Assembly (NCBI GenBank): GCA_002269645.1
Contig: NIVC01000041.1
Span: 434,001 to 498,000, forward strand
Source: Macrostomum lignano
Lineage: Eukaryota
DNA: 64,000 nucleotides
Direction of reading: 5' to 3'
Positions 1-11,710 of this stretch are shown piece by piece; position 1 is the first letter of the stretch; each line of letters begins with the position of its first letter. The translations under genes and the position numbers were made by a program. The notes under the pieces were generated by a model. That model ran no database searches and was not told the origin of the DNA. It saw only the letters and a program-made list of their open reading frames with translations.

Positions 1-411
1 CAAGGACCACTATATACAGCTATATACAGTGGTCCTTGAGTTGAATTCCGTACAATATTATTCATTCTCGTAACACGCGCCGATAAACAGTTAAAACAGC
101 GCACTTCCTGTCCGACCTGCATGCAATTCGAGCGAGGTAAATTAGCATTAGCTAATCATTATTCTCATGCTGACTGACAAGTGTTTTTGTTTAAGTCACA
201 TGACTCTCCAGGGTCCAAGCAGTGCAGGTACACCACAGCCATTTTTACGCCTGCAAAATTTACTAACGAGCAAAATTTGACCCACATTTTCCAAGTTCGA
301 GTGCACTTTTACTTTTTAGGTCACACCGATTCGAGCTGAGACTCAGAGAGGCTTAGTTATGCAGGGAGACTGCGACTGGGGCTGGGCGCCACCCTCGCAG
401 TTTAGTGGCGC

Positions 412-633
412 TGGCGCCCAACCTCAAATGAGCTGAAATGGCGCCCAACCTCAAATGAGCTGAAATGGCACCCAACCTCAAATGAGCTGAAATGGCGCCA
501 CATCAAATGAGCTGAAATGGCGCCACATCAAATGAGCTGAAATGGCGCCCAACCTCAAATGAGCTGAAATGGCGCCCAACCTCAAATGAGCTGAAATGGC
601 GCCCAACCTCAAATGAGCTGAAATGGCGCCCAA
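412..633. repeat. 27-bp minisatellite, about 8 copies
   Basis: Tandem unit TGGCGCCCAACCTCAAATGAGCTGAAA. Confidence 0.95.
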
Positions 634-1513
634 CCAAGAAAAGAAAAGAATGCACTAAGAAATGAATGAAACTGAAATCACTTTACAAGCTAATTATTTA
701 TCAAGGCAAATATTATAACCAACGATTTATAAACTACAAAACATTTTGGCATATTTATTACATACAAAAGAATATAATTACACATAATTTCAGAGAGTCA
801 CAAACGATAACGAACGAAAAAATGAAAAAAACAATGAATTATATTCGACATGAAGATGGAGCATAAGCATATTTGTTTAACGAAATTGTTGCAAGTTGCA
901 ATATGAGCAGGAACAGGAATTTATTACTACTATAGCTCGCACTAATAATTACAATTTACACCAAAACAAAAATAGCTAAAAGTACACTATAACTAAACCA
1001 AAGCGATGAAGCTTATCACAGATACAAACTTTTCCGAATGACTCGTAATTTTTCTACGAACATTAGGGGCCTAGGGCAGGTGAGAAGAGACACTGAGTCA
1101 GCCCCGCAGCTGACTTTGTTTAAATCCTTTGCCCGCAAGCACAAGATGGGGCGCGCGTGGGGGGAAGAGACACGCGATGACGTCACCCAGCCGAACTCCC
1201 TCGGGGCGAGCAAACAAAGAATTGCATAAAGGCCAAGGGCGGCTATTGGGAAGCGGGGAATATCGAGTGGGGGTGCTATTGGAGATATAGAGGCCGGGGC
1301 CCTCCTTTGTAAGGGTTAAGAGGGGGATGAAGCATATAGCAGGCTGCGGGAGGGGGTGACTCATCACCCAGGTCTTATTCTCACCACAGATCGGTATCAT
1401 ATTTAGCAGATTTTAACAATATGCTAGTTTCATAGACTTGAGTCATATGTATAATTATAAGACCTAGATTTTTAGCTAGCATAATAACTGATAAACCGCA
1501 GGAAATTTTCAGT

Positions 1514-2674
1514 TCAGTTGGAGTTTTTGCTCTTCGTCGTGTTAGCCAGTTGCTGGGACGCCTGCAGACGGACTCGTTTCTTAATGGGAAACATATCTGA
1601 AATTGGGAAAAAGTTTAAGGAAATTGAACTCGGGGAATTGGGGATTTGATCTGAGAGGGGGAATTAGGGATCTGAGAGGAGGGAATTGGGGATCTGAGAG
1701 GGGGAATTGGGGATCTGAGAGAGGGAATTGGGGATCTGAGAGGGGGATTGGGGATCTGAGAGGTGGAATTGGGATCTCAGAGGGGAATTAGGATCTGAGA
1801 GGGAGAATTGGGGATCTGAGAGGGAGAATTGGGGATCTGAGAGGGAGAATTGGTGATCTGAGAGGGGGAATTGGGGATCTGAGAGGGGGAATTGGGGATC
1901 TGAGAGGTGGAATTGGGGATCTGAGAGGTGGAATTGGGATCTGAGAGGTGGAATTGGGATCTGAGAGGGGGAATTGGGGATCTGAGAGGTGGAATTGGGG
2001 ATCTGAGAGGTGGAATTGGGATCTGAGAGGTGGAATTGGGATCTGAGAGGTGGAATTGGGATCTGAGAGAATTAGGGGTCTGAGGGGGTGGGTATATCTG
2101 ATAGGGGAATTAAGTATTTTGAATCCTGATGACAGAACACAGAACTAATATTGCGGATAAAAAATCGCAAATTCGGAAACTTACCGCAAATCTTAGTCTG
2201 CACCAAAGGCTGCTGCTTTCGCTTGCCAATACCGCCAACCGTCGACGTAGAGTTGACAGTCTTGAAGTCTCGCCTAACTTCTCTGGCTCCAGAATTGGCC
2301 TCGTCATCGAAAGCGCTCTTGCAGCTGCAGTGGCGTCGGCTGTAGAATCCGGGCAGTCGAGATGCCGGCACGGCGGTCAGTCGCCAAGCCCTGGCGATGG
2401 TCGCAGAGTCCGCTTTGGTCATACAGTCGAGTAGGTCGATGAAACGCTTCCTCTGCTGGGCCTTGCGATCGTAATCGTTATTGTCGGCGATTCTGCATAG
2501 CGACAATTTCTGTTCGGTTTCCAGGCATTCGGCACTGATAGCGATGGAGCTTTTGTTGTTCTTGCTGCTGCTACTGCTGGCGCCGGCTTGGGCGAAACGG
2601 ATTCCGCGAACAGCTCCGGATTTGCCAATAAAGCCGCTCTTGCTAGACGAAGCAGTGCTGCTAGCTGATGGCAT
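1514..2674 (-). CDS. Cip/Kip-family CDK inhibitor with C-terminal PIP degron, about 190 aa, 2 exons
   Basis: Exons 2674-2185 and 1596-1514 (G|gtaag...tttcag|AT, phase 1; 573 nt in frame). CDI-like QQRKRFIDL...AWRLTAVPASRLPGFYSR (cf. p27 QRKWNFDF...W..V....LPEFYYR). Splicing creates QTKICDMFPIKKR, a PIP-degron like p21 QTSMTDFYHSKRR. Confidence 0.75.
1630..2070. repeat. 20-21-bp minisatellite in the CKI gene intron
   Basis: Unit GGGATCTGAGAGGGGAATTG. Confidence 0.95.
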
Positions 2675-4044
2675 TGTTTGATTGTTGCTTGCTTTCGATT
2701 TAAAGTTTGAACTTTTAGTTAAATTCTCTGGCGAGTAGTAGTTGCACAATATGGCTGTCGAGTTAGCGGACTGTCTGTAGCCAGAGGGGCGTTAAAATTG
2801 AAGAGCTTGGGCGGGGCAAGAATAACTGGAAAATATGGAGGAAAAGCCGGGACTGGAGTCGCGTGATATAAAACCCTGAGGGGGTTGGGGTCCCTTGCCT
2901 GGCAAGCCAGTCTTATTGGCTGCTGCTGACTCAGCCCTCCACCGTTCATCCACCACTAACCCCCCAGCCGGCCCAACCCCCTCAGTGCGTGGGCCCTGGA
3001 CAGAGCGGTCGATGAGTCACGTGCTCACTGGGCCTAATTTTTAGAATTAAACCACGCTAGTCAGACAAGCCCAGTCATTCCCAGTAAAACAAAAAGCCGG
3101 CCGGCACGCGCTCTGGTTGGCTCGGGGGGTTGGTTGTGTTCAGAGTTGGGGGGCGGGGGGTAATTGCCCAATTGGTGGGTGTAAAGCTGGAGCAGATTGT
3201 AAATAGGAGGGCCCTCCCTGCATGAATGAAATTAAAGCCAAAACGGGGACTATAATTTTAGTAAAAAATCGTCCGATTAATTACAATACGACTTTTACCG
3301 TACCATATGCCACTGGAGAGGCTAGTATCCAAATTCGTGTCTCGACTACTGTAAACCAACTTTTAGTTGGTACGATTAAGTTAAAATTATGTAAATAAAT
3401 ATGATTCACTAAGGCTAGTTGTTAGTTCTAACGGCAGTAAATGGTGGTGATAACGTTATCAGTAATAGGCTTAGCTAGCTCAACCAGTAACAAGTTTTAT
3501 TGCTCTTCTCTGTCGCACAGATAAATCGGGATGAATCAGCAGTTCGTTTTGCCGCCCAGTCCCAACAACCCCTCCTGGCCTGGCCCCCTTCCATGCGGAG
3601 AGGGCCCTGTTGTATCCAAGGCCCCTTCCTTCAGACTTCCACAGCGGGGGTTTAGCGATAGCGAAAAACAAAATGGCCTTGCCATAGCAACCGAGTCAGT
3701 GCTGCGGCTGTTTGAATATAAATTTTAGGCCGCCTTAGCAAATGCAAGCCTTAGCAGCATCAGCATGCTTCATCCTGTCTAAATAACAAAGACTTGCGTG
3801 GATTGGTGTAATGGATTGATTGAAAGGGCTTATGTAAGCTAAGACGACTAATACAATTGTTGCCAACCATGAAAATAAAGACGTGCATAGGGTCGGCATA
3901 GAGACAAGATAGCACCATATACAATATACAAGGCCAGGCATAAGACAGAAGACAGCAGAAGTTTCATAATTGTCTGATTGCCGTGCTGTCTGTCCGGGGC
4001 TTGCATGGGTGCAGCAAAACAATGGAAATCGGGTGCTCGGGTGA

Positions 4045-5050
4045 AGGGGTGAGAGAAACGGAGCGAAAGGGTGAGAGAAATCAAGAGGAATAAGAAAAAC
4101 TAAGAGAAGGGGTGAGAGAAAGCAATTGAGAAGGGTGAGAGAAAGCAAGAGAAGGGTGAGAGAAAGCAAGAGAAGGGTGAGAGAAAGCAAGAGAAAGGTG
4201 AGAGAAAGCAAAAAAGGTGAGAGAAAGCAAGAGGAATGGGAAAAACTAAGAGAAGGGGTGAGAGAAAGCAAGAGAAGGGTGAGAGAAAGCAATTGAGAAG
4301 GGTGAGAGAAAGCAAGAGAAGGGTGAGAGAAAGCAATTGAGAAGGGTGAGAGAAAGCAATTGAGAAGGGTGAGAGAAAGCAAGAGAAGGGTGAGAGAAAG
4401 CAATTGAGAAGGGTGAGAGAAAGCAATTGAGAAGGGTGAGAGAAATCAAGAGAAGGGTGAGAGAAAGCAATTGAGAAGGGTGAGAGAAAGCAAGAGAAGG
4501 GTGAGAGAAAGCAATTGAGAAGGGTGAGAGAAATCAAGAGAAGGGTGAGAGAAAGCAATTGAGAAGGGTGAGAGAAAGCAATTGAGAAAGGTGAGAGAAA
4601 TCAAGAGAAGGGTGAGAGAAAGCAATTGAGAAGGGTGAGAGAAAGCAAGAGAAGGGTGAGAGAAAGCAATTGAGAAGGGTGAGAGAAATCAAGAGAAGGG
4701 TGAGAGAAAGCAATTGAGAAGGGTGAGAGAAAGCAAGAGAAGGGTGAGAGAAAGCAATTGAGAAGGGTGAGAGAAAGCAAGAGAAGGGTGAGATAAAGCA
4801 AGAGAAGGGTGAGAGAAAGCAAGAGAAGGGTGAGATAAAGCAATTGAGAAATGTGAGAGAAAGCAAGAGAAGGGTGAGCGAAAGCAAGAGAAGGGTGTGC
4901 GAAAGCAAGAGAAGGGTGAGAGAAAGCAAGAGAAGGGTGTGCGAAAGCAAGAGAAGGGTGAGAGAAAGCAAGAGAAGGGTGAGAGAAAGCAATTGAGAAG
5001 GGTGAGAGAAAGCAAGAGAAGGGTGAGAGAAAGCAAGAGAAGGGGTGAGA
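4045..5050. repeat. 21/23-bp minisatellite
   Basis: Unit GAGAAGGGTGAGAGAAAGCAA(TT). Confidence 0.95.
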
Positions 5051-5914
5051 AACTGAACCAATTAAGGGGTGAGAACGTAAGACCAGGTGTGAGAGAATCG
5101 TTAATCCTGCAAAGCTAATCCGGTCATTTTATCAATTTTTTACTATAGTAATTAAACAAATGATAACAGATCAAATTCAACATGAAAGTAGAATTAGGAA
5201 ATTCTATAAGAAAGAAAACCCACATATGTATACACAGTTATAACATTTTAAAATAGGGCTATAAAATGTCATTGCAGTCGCAAGATTGTTAATTCACCCC
5301 GCTGCTGGTATTTGTGCGGGCTGGGGCTTAGCTCAGCATGCAACGTTACATGATCATTGGTTGAATTGCGCAATACGATCCGTAGCGTATACGAGAAGCA
5401 AGCCTGCAGGCCCCCGCATCCAGATCCAGATGGAATTCGGAGCGAGTGCATGCCCCGATGATTACACCTATATGCGGGTTGAGTGTGTCCGCGGGGACAG
5501 TGCCAGCAGCAGCATTACGTCATCATGGGTAGGAGTCCTCTCCTCGATGAACACCTGCCACAGTTTGCTGGAGCTGCTGCGCACCTGCCTCCAGAGTCCA
5601 ACTTGGCTTGGGGTCAGGGGGTGTTATAAATGTTTAAAACTGTCAGTCTGCAACTGCAACCAATGGCAGCTATGTATTAGAAATTCTATTTAGACACTCG
5701 TGATCCCGATTATTGAATTCTCACTTTATTGCTGACCTTCTCTCATTTCTACTGTTATCCATCCCAGTCCCGTCCCTATCTCCGTTTCAAACCTTCGCGA
5801 GTCCACTTCTTTACTCTGCTCTAGTCTAAGCTTTACTTAATTTAGCTGTTTTATAATCCTATACCAGTCCTCTCCCCCTCCCTCCTCCCTCTCCCTGCAC
5901 CTCTGCGTCACTCG

Positions 5915-7040
5915 CCTCTCCATCTCCTTCTCCCTCTCCCTCTCCTTCTCCCTCTCCATCTCCTTCTCCCTCTCCTTCTCCCTCTCCTTCTTCTCCCTCT
6001 CCTTCTCCCTCTCCTTCTCCTTCTCCCTCTCCTTCTCATTCTCCCTCTCCTTCTCATTCTCCCTCTCCTTCTCCTTCTCCCTCTCCTTCTCCCTCTCTAT
6101 CTCCTTCTCCCTCTCCTTCTCCCTCTCCTTCTTCTCCCTCTCCTTCTCCCTCTCCTTCTCCTTCTCCCTCTTCTTCTCCCTCTCCATCTCCTTCTCCCTC
6201 TCCTTCTCCCTCTCCTTCTTCTCCCTCTCCTTCTCCCTCTCCTTCTTCTCCCTCTCCTTCTCCCTCTCCCTCTCCTTCTCCCTCTCCATCTCCTTCTCCC
6301 TCTCCTTCTCCCTCTCCTTCTTCTCCCTCTCCTTCTCCCTCTCCTTCTCCCTCTCCTTCTCATTCTCCCTCTCCTTCTCATTCTCCCTCTCCTTTTCTCT
6401 CTCCCTCTCTTTCTCCCTCTCCCTCTCCATCGCCCTCTCCTTCTCCTTCTCCCTCTCCATCTCCCTCTCCATCTCCCTCTCCTTCTCCCTCTCCCTCTCC
6501 TTCTCCCTCTCCTTCTCATTCTCCCTCTCCTTTTCTCTCTCCCTCTCCCTCTCCTTCTCCTTCTCCCTCTCCTTCTCATTCTCCCTCTCCTTCTCATTCT
6601 CCCTCTCCATCGCCCTCTCCTTCTCCTTCTCCCTCTCCCTCTCCATCGCCCTCTCCTTCTCCTTCTCCCTCTCCCTCTCCATCGCCCTCTTCTTCTCCTT
6701 CTCCCTCTCCATCTCCCTCTCCATCTCCCTCTCCTTCTCCCTCTCCCTCTCCCTCTCCTTCTCCCTCTCCTTCTTCTCCCTCTCCTTCTCCCTCTCCTTC
6801 TCCCTCTCCTTCTCATTCTCCCTCTCCTTCTCATTCTCCCTCTCCTTTTCTCTCTCCCTCTCTTTCTCCCTCTCCCTCTCCATCGCCCTCTCCTTCTCCT
6901 TCTCCCTCTCCATCTCCCTCTCCATCTCCCTCTCCTTCTCCCTCTCCCTCTCCTTCTCCCTCTCCTTCTCATTCTCCCTCTCCTTTTCTCTCTCCCTCTC
7001 CCTCTCCTTCTCCTTCTCCCTCTCCTTCTCATTCTCCCTC
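5915..7040. repeat. Complex CT-rich satellite directly upstream of the Penelope-like ORFs
   Basis: (CTCCCT/CTCCTT/CTCCAT)n mosaic. Confidence 0.95.
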
Positions 7041-7046
7041 TGAAGA

Positions 7047-7418
7047 ATGCGAGAGAATGCGAGTCCCGACACGGGCCGCGTCATCGTCTGGGCCGGCAAC
7101 AACGACCTCCACCGTGAGAGCTTCGACTTCTCCATCGCCAAGCTCTGGAAGATGAGCCTGACCAACATCAGGAAGGCTTTCCCCGGCGCGTCAATCTGGG
7201 TGGTGCAGACCGTGTGCCCCCCCGATGCGCCGGCGCTCCAGAAGAGTAACTGTCGCAAGACGAACCAGCTCCTGAGCAGCTACCGGTCTGTCAGCCTGAT
7301 CTCGCTGGACACCAAGGACCTGGCATTCCGACGGGACCAGATCAGCCTGGAGCGACAGTCTGCTGATGGGGCGTTCGCCGTCGCCCTGGAGACGGCGGGC
7401 GACCTTCCAAAAAACTGA
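7047..7418 (+). CDS. SGNH/GDSL-hydrolase-like ORF1 (C-terminal half of the fold)
   Basis: VIVWAGNND (block III GxND), [21 protein letters not shown] (block V DxxH position, His replaced by Ser); no GDS block I visible. Confidence 0.6.
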   Translation: MRENASPDTGRVIVWAGNNDLHRESFDFSIAKLWKMSLTNIRKAFPGASIWVVQTVCPPDAPALQKSNCRKTNQLLSSYRSVSLISLDTKDLAFRRDQISLERQSADGAFAVALETAGDLPKN

Positions 7419-7456
7419 GCGGGCCGGGGGCGAGCCATGGGCCCCCCCAACTGAGG

Positions 7457-9661
7457 GTGACGAACCTTTCCAGCCGCGCTCTCGCACCGACTGAACTGCA
7501 ACTGCTGGAGCGCGGCCAGTCCTTCGTAGTGGCTCCTCGGTGCACCTCGGCGGAGTCTCTGGCGTCCGGCGTCCGCAACTTTGGCGAGCGTCTGGCCGTG
7601 TCGGCGGCTCGCGGCTTCAAGCGCGAACTGACGGTGGACGACGGTCCGCCGCTTCCCCGCCGCCCAACGGCCAGCATCGATCCGAGCCGCCTCCGGCCCG
7701 AAATTAAAGCCGCTCTGGCGGAGCTGGACGACGTCAGGGAGAACATCCGGGACTGCAGGAACGCTCCAAACGTCAGCCAGGCGGAGGCAAAGGCACTGCG
7801 AGATCTGCGGGCAGACAAGTCCATCGTCATCAAGCCGGCCGACAAGGGCAGCCAGCTGGTCATCCTGGACCGGCAGGACTATGTCCGTGAATGCCTGCGT
7901 CAGCTGGAAGACCCGCTGTTTTACCGACCTCTGAGCGCACCGATCAGCCGCTTCACAGCCCAGATGATCCGCGGCGTCTTCAGATCGCTGCTGGACCGAA
8001 GGATCATCGATCGGCGCCAGTTCAACGCCTTCTGCCCGAAGGAGGAGTTCCGCACGCGGTGCTTCTACATCCTGCCGAAGATCCACAAGCCCGTCGAGTC
8101 GTGGCCGCTCGGCGACATTCCTCCGGGCCGGCCCATCGTGTCTGACGTGGACAGCGAGTCTTACGCCAGCGGCCGCTTCATCGACAGCTTCCTGCAGCCG
8201 ATCGTCATCCAGCTGCCCAGCTTCATCAGGGACACTGACCACTTCCAAGCCGCCATCCGCGGGATCGCCTGTGCGGCGTCCGAGGAGTCCTTCCTGTTCA
8301 CCATGGACGTCGCCAGCCTTTACACCAACATCCCGACCGCGGCCGGACTCGAGTGCGTACAGAGGGCCTTCAGGGAGCACCCGGATGCCAGGCGCCCAGA
8401 CGCGAGTCTCCTCAGTCTGCTCAAGCTTAACCTGGAGCGCAACGACTTCGAATTCGACGGCAAATTTTTCCTGCAAGTGAAAGGCACGGCCATGGGGAAG
8501 TCGTTTGCACCCAGCTACAGCAACATCTACATGGGCTACTGGGAGCAGCGGGGCCTGGAGCTCAGCCCGCAGAAGCCCGCCCTGTGGCTGCGCTACATTG
8601 ACGACATCTTCGGCGTCTGGCACGGAACGAGAGACGAGCTGGTCCGCTTCCACGAGCTCCTGGATGGCCTCGACCCGAACATCAGGTTGCAGCTGAGCTA
8701 CAGCAGCACCGAGGTCAACTTCCTGGACACCACCGTCTTCTGGGACCGCGAGGGGGACTCCAAGCGTCTGGCGACTAGAGTCTTCTTCAAGCCCACGGAC
8801 AGCCGAGCTCTTATCCACCGCGACTCATTCCACCCGAGGCGGACGTTCAAGGGTGTGGTCAAGTCCCAGCTCATCAGATACGCCCGCAGGTGCTCCCGGA
8901 TGGTCGACTTCGACGCGGCCTGCACCGAGCTGCTGTCGAATCTGGTGCAGCACCAGGGCTACAACAGGCGTTTTCTACGCAATATCAAATACGAGGTGCT
9001 GGCGGAGCTGGGTTTCTACCCGACAAGGCGGTGGGAGTTCGGCTTCCTGCCGTGCAACCCGGCCCGGCTGTGCAAGTGCTGCCAGGCGCACGCCAGATTC
9101 ACCTCCGTCTGCCCGGGATCTGCGTCCACGACCGTCAAGATCACCATCAGCCAGAGGATCGACTGCAACTCGGTCAACGCTGTCTACACCGTGTTCTGCC
9201 GCCGCTGCAGCTGCACGGTCTACGTCGGCGAGACGGTCAACAGCATCCGGGCCCGCATGCTAGCGCACGTCGGCGACATCAGGCACGCACGCGACACTCC
9301 GGTGGCCCGCCACTTCAGCAACGATGGCCATAGTCTCGAGGACTTTGCCTTCACCGGAGTGTGGACGCGGGACGGCTCTGGACCCAAGGCCAATGAACGA
9401 CGTCAACGCCAGGAGGCCAAACTCATCGCGGTCCTGAAAACTCTGGTCCCACATGGCGCCAACGAGCTGGCCGGGGTGCTGCACAATCCGGCGATCCCAC
9501 TGATTGTGCCGCACTGCGCTGGGTCAGACACCCTGGTTGCCAAGGTGAGGGACGGCGTGGCACAGCACTGCGATGCCCCTGTACTGCCGGCCTTCACTAA
9601 AGGGAGGAGCCTTCGGGATCTACTCTGCCACAGCCAGCTCGAACCAGCTTCTGCCAATTGA
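7457..9661 (+). CDS. Penelope-like reverse transcriptase plus GIY-YIG endonuclease
   Basis: VTNLS..L...E..LLERG, YILPKIHK, GRPIVS, TMDVASLYTNIP, QVKGTAMG, RYIDDIFGVW, VNFLD; PCN..RLCKCC linker; VYTVFC..CS..VYVGET...IRARM..H. The frame is open from 7367 with no ATG before the RT N-terminus. Confidence 0.95.
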   Translation: MTNLSSRALAPTELQLLERGQSFVVAPRCTSAESLASGVRNFGERLAVSAARGFKRELTVDDGPPLPRRPTASIDPSRLRPEIKAALAELDDVRENIRDCRNAPNVSQAEAKALRDLRADKSIVIKPADKGSQLVILDRQDYVRECLRQLEDPLFYRPLSAPISRFTAQMIRGVFRSLLDRRIIDRRQFNAFCPKEEFRTRCFYILPKIHKPVESWPLGDIPPGRPIVSDVDSESYASGRFIDSFLQPIVIQLPSFIRDTDHFQAAIRGIACAASEESFLFTMDVASLYTNIPTAAGLECVQRAFREHPDARRPDASLLSLLKLNLERNDFEFDGKFFLQVKGTAMGKSFAPSYSNIYMGYWEQRGLELSPQKPALWLRYIDDIFGVWHGTRDELVRFHELLDGLDPNIRLQLSYSSTEVNFLDTTVFWDREGDSKRLATRVFFKPTDSRALIHRDSFHPRRTFKGVVKSQLIRYARRCSRMVDFDAACTELLSNLVQHQGYNRRFLRNIKYEVLAELGFYPTRRWEFGFLPCNPARLCKCCQAHARFTSVCPGSASTTVKITISQRIDCNSVNAVYTVFCRRCSCTVYVGETVNSIRARMLAHVGDIRHARDTPVARHFSNDGHSLEDFAFTGVWTRDGSGPKANERRQRQEAKLIAVLKTLVPHGANELAGVLHNPAIPLIVPHCAGSDTLVAKVRDGVAQHCDAPVLPAFTKGRSLRDLLCHSQLEPASAN

Positions 9662-10075
9662 GATCAGCTGTACAAAGGCTCCTTTACTGCTATTTTCCCC
9701 TCTGTGATTTTTTCATTGACTTTATTTCGATTTATTCAGATTATTTATTTTCTGCTTTTTATTCATTTTTCTGACACTGTGTACGGTGCACCTGCATTTT
9801 GCTCTGAGCATTTAATAATTATTTTTATTTACCTTACCTATTTATTTCGCCATTTATTTTTACAATTTTTATTCTACACTTAAAGGTCGTCTATAGGCCC
9901 AATTGTACAGTTTTAGCCACCCCCCGCTTTTCTCATAGTCTCCGACTCGTTTTAATGTACTGACCATGCGCACTGTTTTAAGTGCTTGAGCACATCAATT
10001 TATCGATCGTCTCTCCCTGGCGATATCGCCTTTATATTTTGACGGCAATTCGCGCCAAATAAACTTCACTCGCTT

Positions 10076-10116
10076 GCAGCCCTGACGAAGAAATTTAATT
10101 TCGAAATATCGGCTAC
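10076..10116 (+). ncRNA. Minimal type I hammerhead ribozyme in the PLE 3' region
   Basis: GCAGCC-CTGACGA-A-GAAAT-TTA-ATTTC-GAAA-TATC-GGCTAC: stem I (AGCC/GGCT), CUGANGA box, stem II, GAAA box, palindromic ATAT stem III, predicted cleavage after C10110. Confidence 0.85.
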
Positions 10117-10187
10117 TCAATTTAAATTGACTTTTTTCAGTCCTTTCTGACTTTCTACCGTGTCAGTGCCCGAGATTGGAGGCGCCC

Positions 10188-10189
<2 letters not shown>

Positions 10190-10247
<58 letters not shown>

Positions 10248-10500
10248 CTCTCCTTCTCCTTCTCCCTCTCCCTCTCCATCGCCCTCTCCTTCTCCTTCTC
10301 CCTCTCCATCTCCCTCTCCATCTCCCTCTCCTTCTCCCTCTCCCTCTCCCTCTCCTCCCTCTCCTTCTCCCTCTCCTTCTCCCTCTCCTTCTTCCTCTCC
10401 CTCTCCATCTCCCTCTCCTCTTCCCTCTATCGTCCCCCTTTTACCTCTCCTCATCCCCTCTCCCTCTCCTCTCTCCCTCTCCATCTCGTACTCCCTCTGA
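10190..10500. repeat. Second copy of the complex CT-rich satellite, downstream of the PLE
   Basis: Shares CCCTCTCCATCGCCCTCTCCTTCTCCTTCTCCCTCTCC with 5915-7040. Confidence 0.9.
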
Positions 10501-11114
10501 CTGCTCTCAGATTCAGCATTCACCGCGCGTATATCAATTTTATTTTAGTAATTAGCTACAATACTTCAAAGCAACTTGAATTGCGTAAAGGCTGCCTCAT
10601 GCAAAAAAAACTGAGTGTAAAATATTGATAATTTGATATTTACCCTCTCGGTTGCCTATACCAGTGTCCAAATACCAGTTCGTTCGCACGCAAATTGCCC
10701 ATTCTCTATATTATTGTACTATAACAGCGATAACAGCGTGTGAAGTATCAAAATGTACTGGGGAGACATGCTGAATAGCCAGATTGGATTGACAGGTCTG
10801 AAATCCGATATACCAGTCAGTTGGTGTTATTTATACGTACCGGTATATATGGTAGCAATCTTGGGAAATTCTACACTTCAAAGCAGGCAAGTTATATACC
10901 TAGCCTAAAAACTTTTTATACAGCCTGAAGCGGGGGATCTGGCAGGACAGACTTTCACATTGCTTCTTTGATTGATTGATTTATTTATTAATTACGGAAG
11001 CTATTTTTTCTTATGTAAATGTAGGTTGGGAGGTTATAGGCAAGGTCTTGTAACTGAGAGTTAAAAAACATCAGTCAAGCGACGTGAGGTTAACGGGCAA
11101 AAAAGTAGGTAAGC

Positions 11115-11710
11115 GGTGAGAGAAGGGGAGAGAAAGAGAGAGGGGGAGAGAAGGGGGAGAGAAGGGGGAGAGAGGGGAAGGGGGAGAGAAGAGACAGAGG
11201 GGGAGAGAGGGGAGAGAGGGGAGAGAAGGGGATAGGGGGAGAGAAGGGGATAGGGGGAGAGAAGGGAGAGAAGGGAGAGGGGGAGATAGGGGGAGAGAAG
11301 GGGAGAGAAGGGAGAGAAGGGGAGAGAAGGGAGAGAAAGGGAGAGAAGGGGAGAGAAAGAGAGAGGGGGAGAGAGGGGGAAAGGGGAGAGAAGGGGACAG
11401 AGGGGGAGAGAAGAGAGAGAGGGGGAGAGGGGGAGAGAAGGAGAGAGAGAAGGGAGAGAAAGGGAGAGAAGGGGAGAGAAAGGGAGAGAAGGGGAGAGAA
11501 AGGGAGAGAAGGGGAGAGAAGGGAGAGAAGAAGAGAGAAAGGGAGAGAAGGGGAGAGAAAGGGAGAAGGCAATTACTTGGGAACGGACGAAATTATATGT
11601 CGCCCTGGCGGACAAAATTACCTATATTAGGGAGAGAAGGGAGAGAGGGGGAGAGAAAGGGAGAGAAAGGGAGAGAAAGGGAGAGAAGGGGAGAGAAGGG
11701 GAGAGAAGGG
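11115..11710. repeat. AG-rich low-complexity satellite
   Basis: GGAGAGAA(A/G)G-type units, with one short unique island near 11570-11630. Confidence 0.9.

Larger units (their letters stand above)
7047..10140 (+). mobile_element. Penelope-like retroelement, Neptune-type, apparently intact; boundaries approximate
   Basis: Uninterrupted RT plus Cys-rich linker plus GIY-YIG ORF, upstream SGNH-like ORF, T-rich 3' region and hammerhead ribozyme. Confidence 0.92.

Noticed and set aside
5269-5693. GC-richer island with short ORFs, including an RGDS string as a possible missing SGNH block I
   Set aside because: The context does not fit block I (no hydrophobic strand before GDS), and I could not build a consistent splice model.
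5837-7258. Long E/R/K-rich and R/G-rich ORFs
   Set aside because: They are translations of the CT satellite on the antisense strand of the PLE region.
7280-8818. 512-aa minus-strand ORF
   Set aside because: Antisense shadow of the GC-rich RT ORF, with no motifs of its own.
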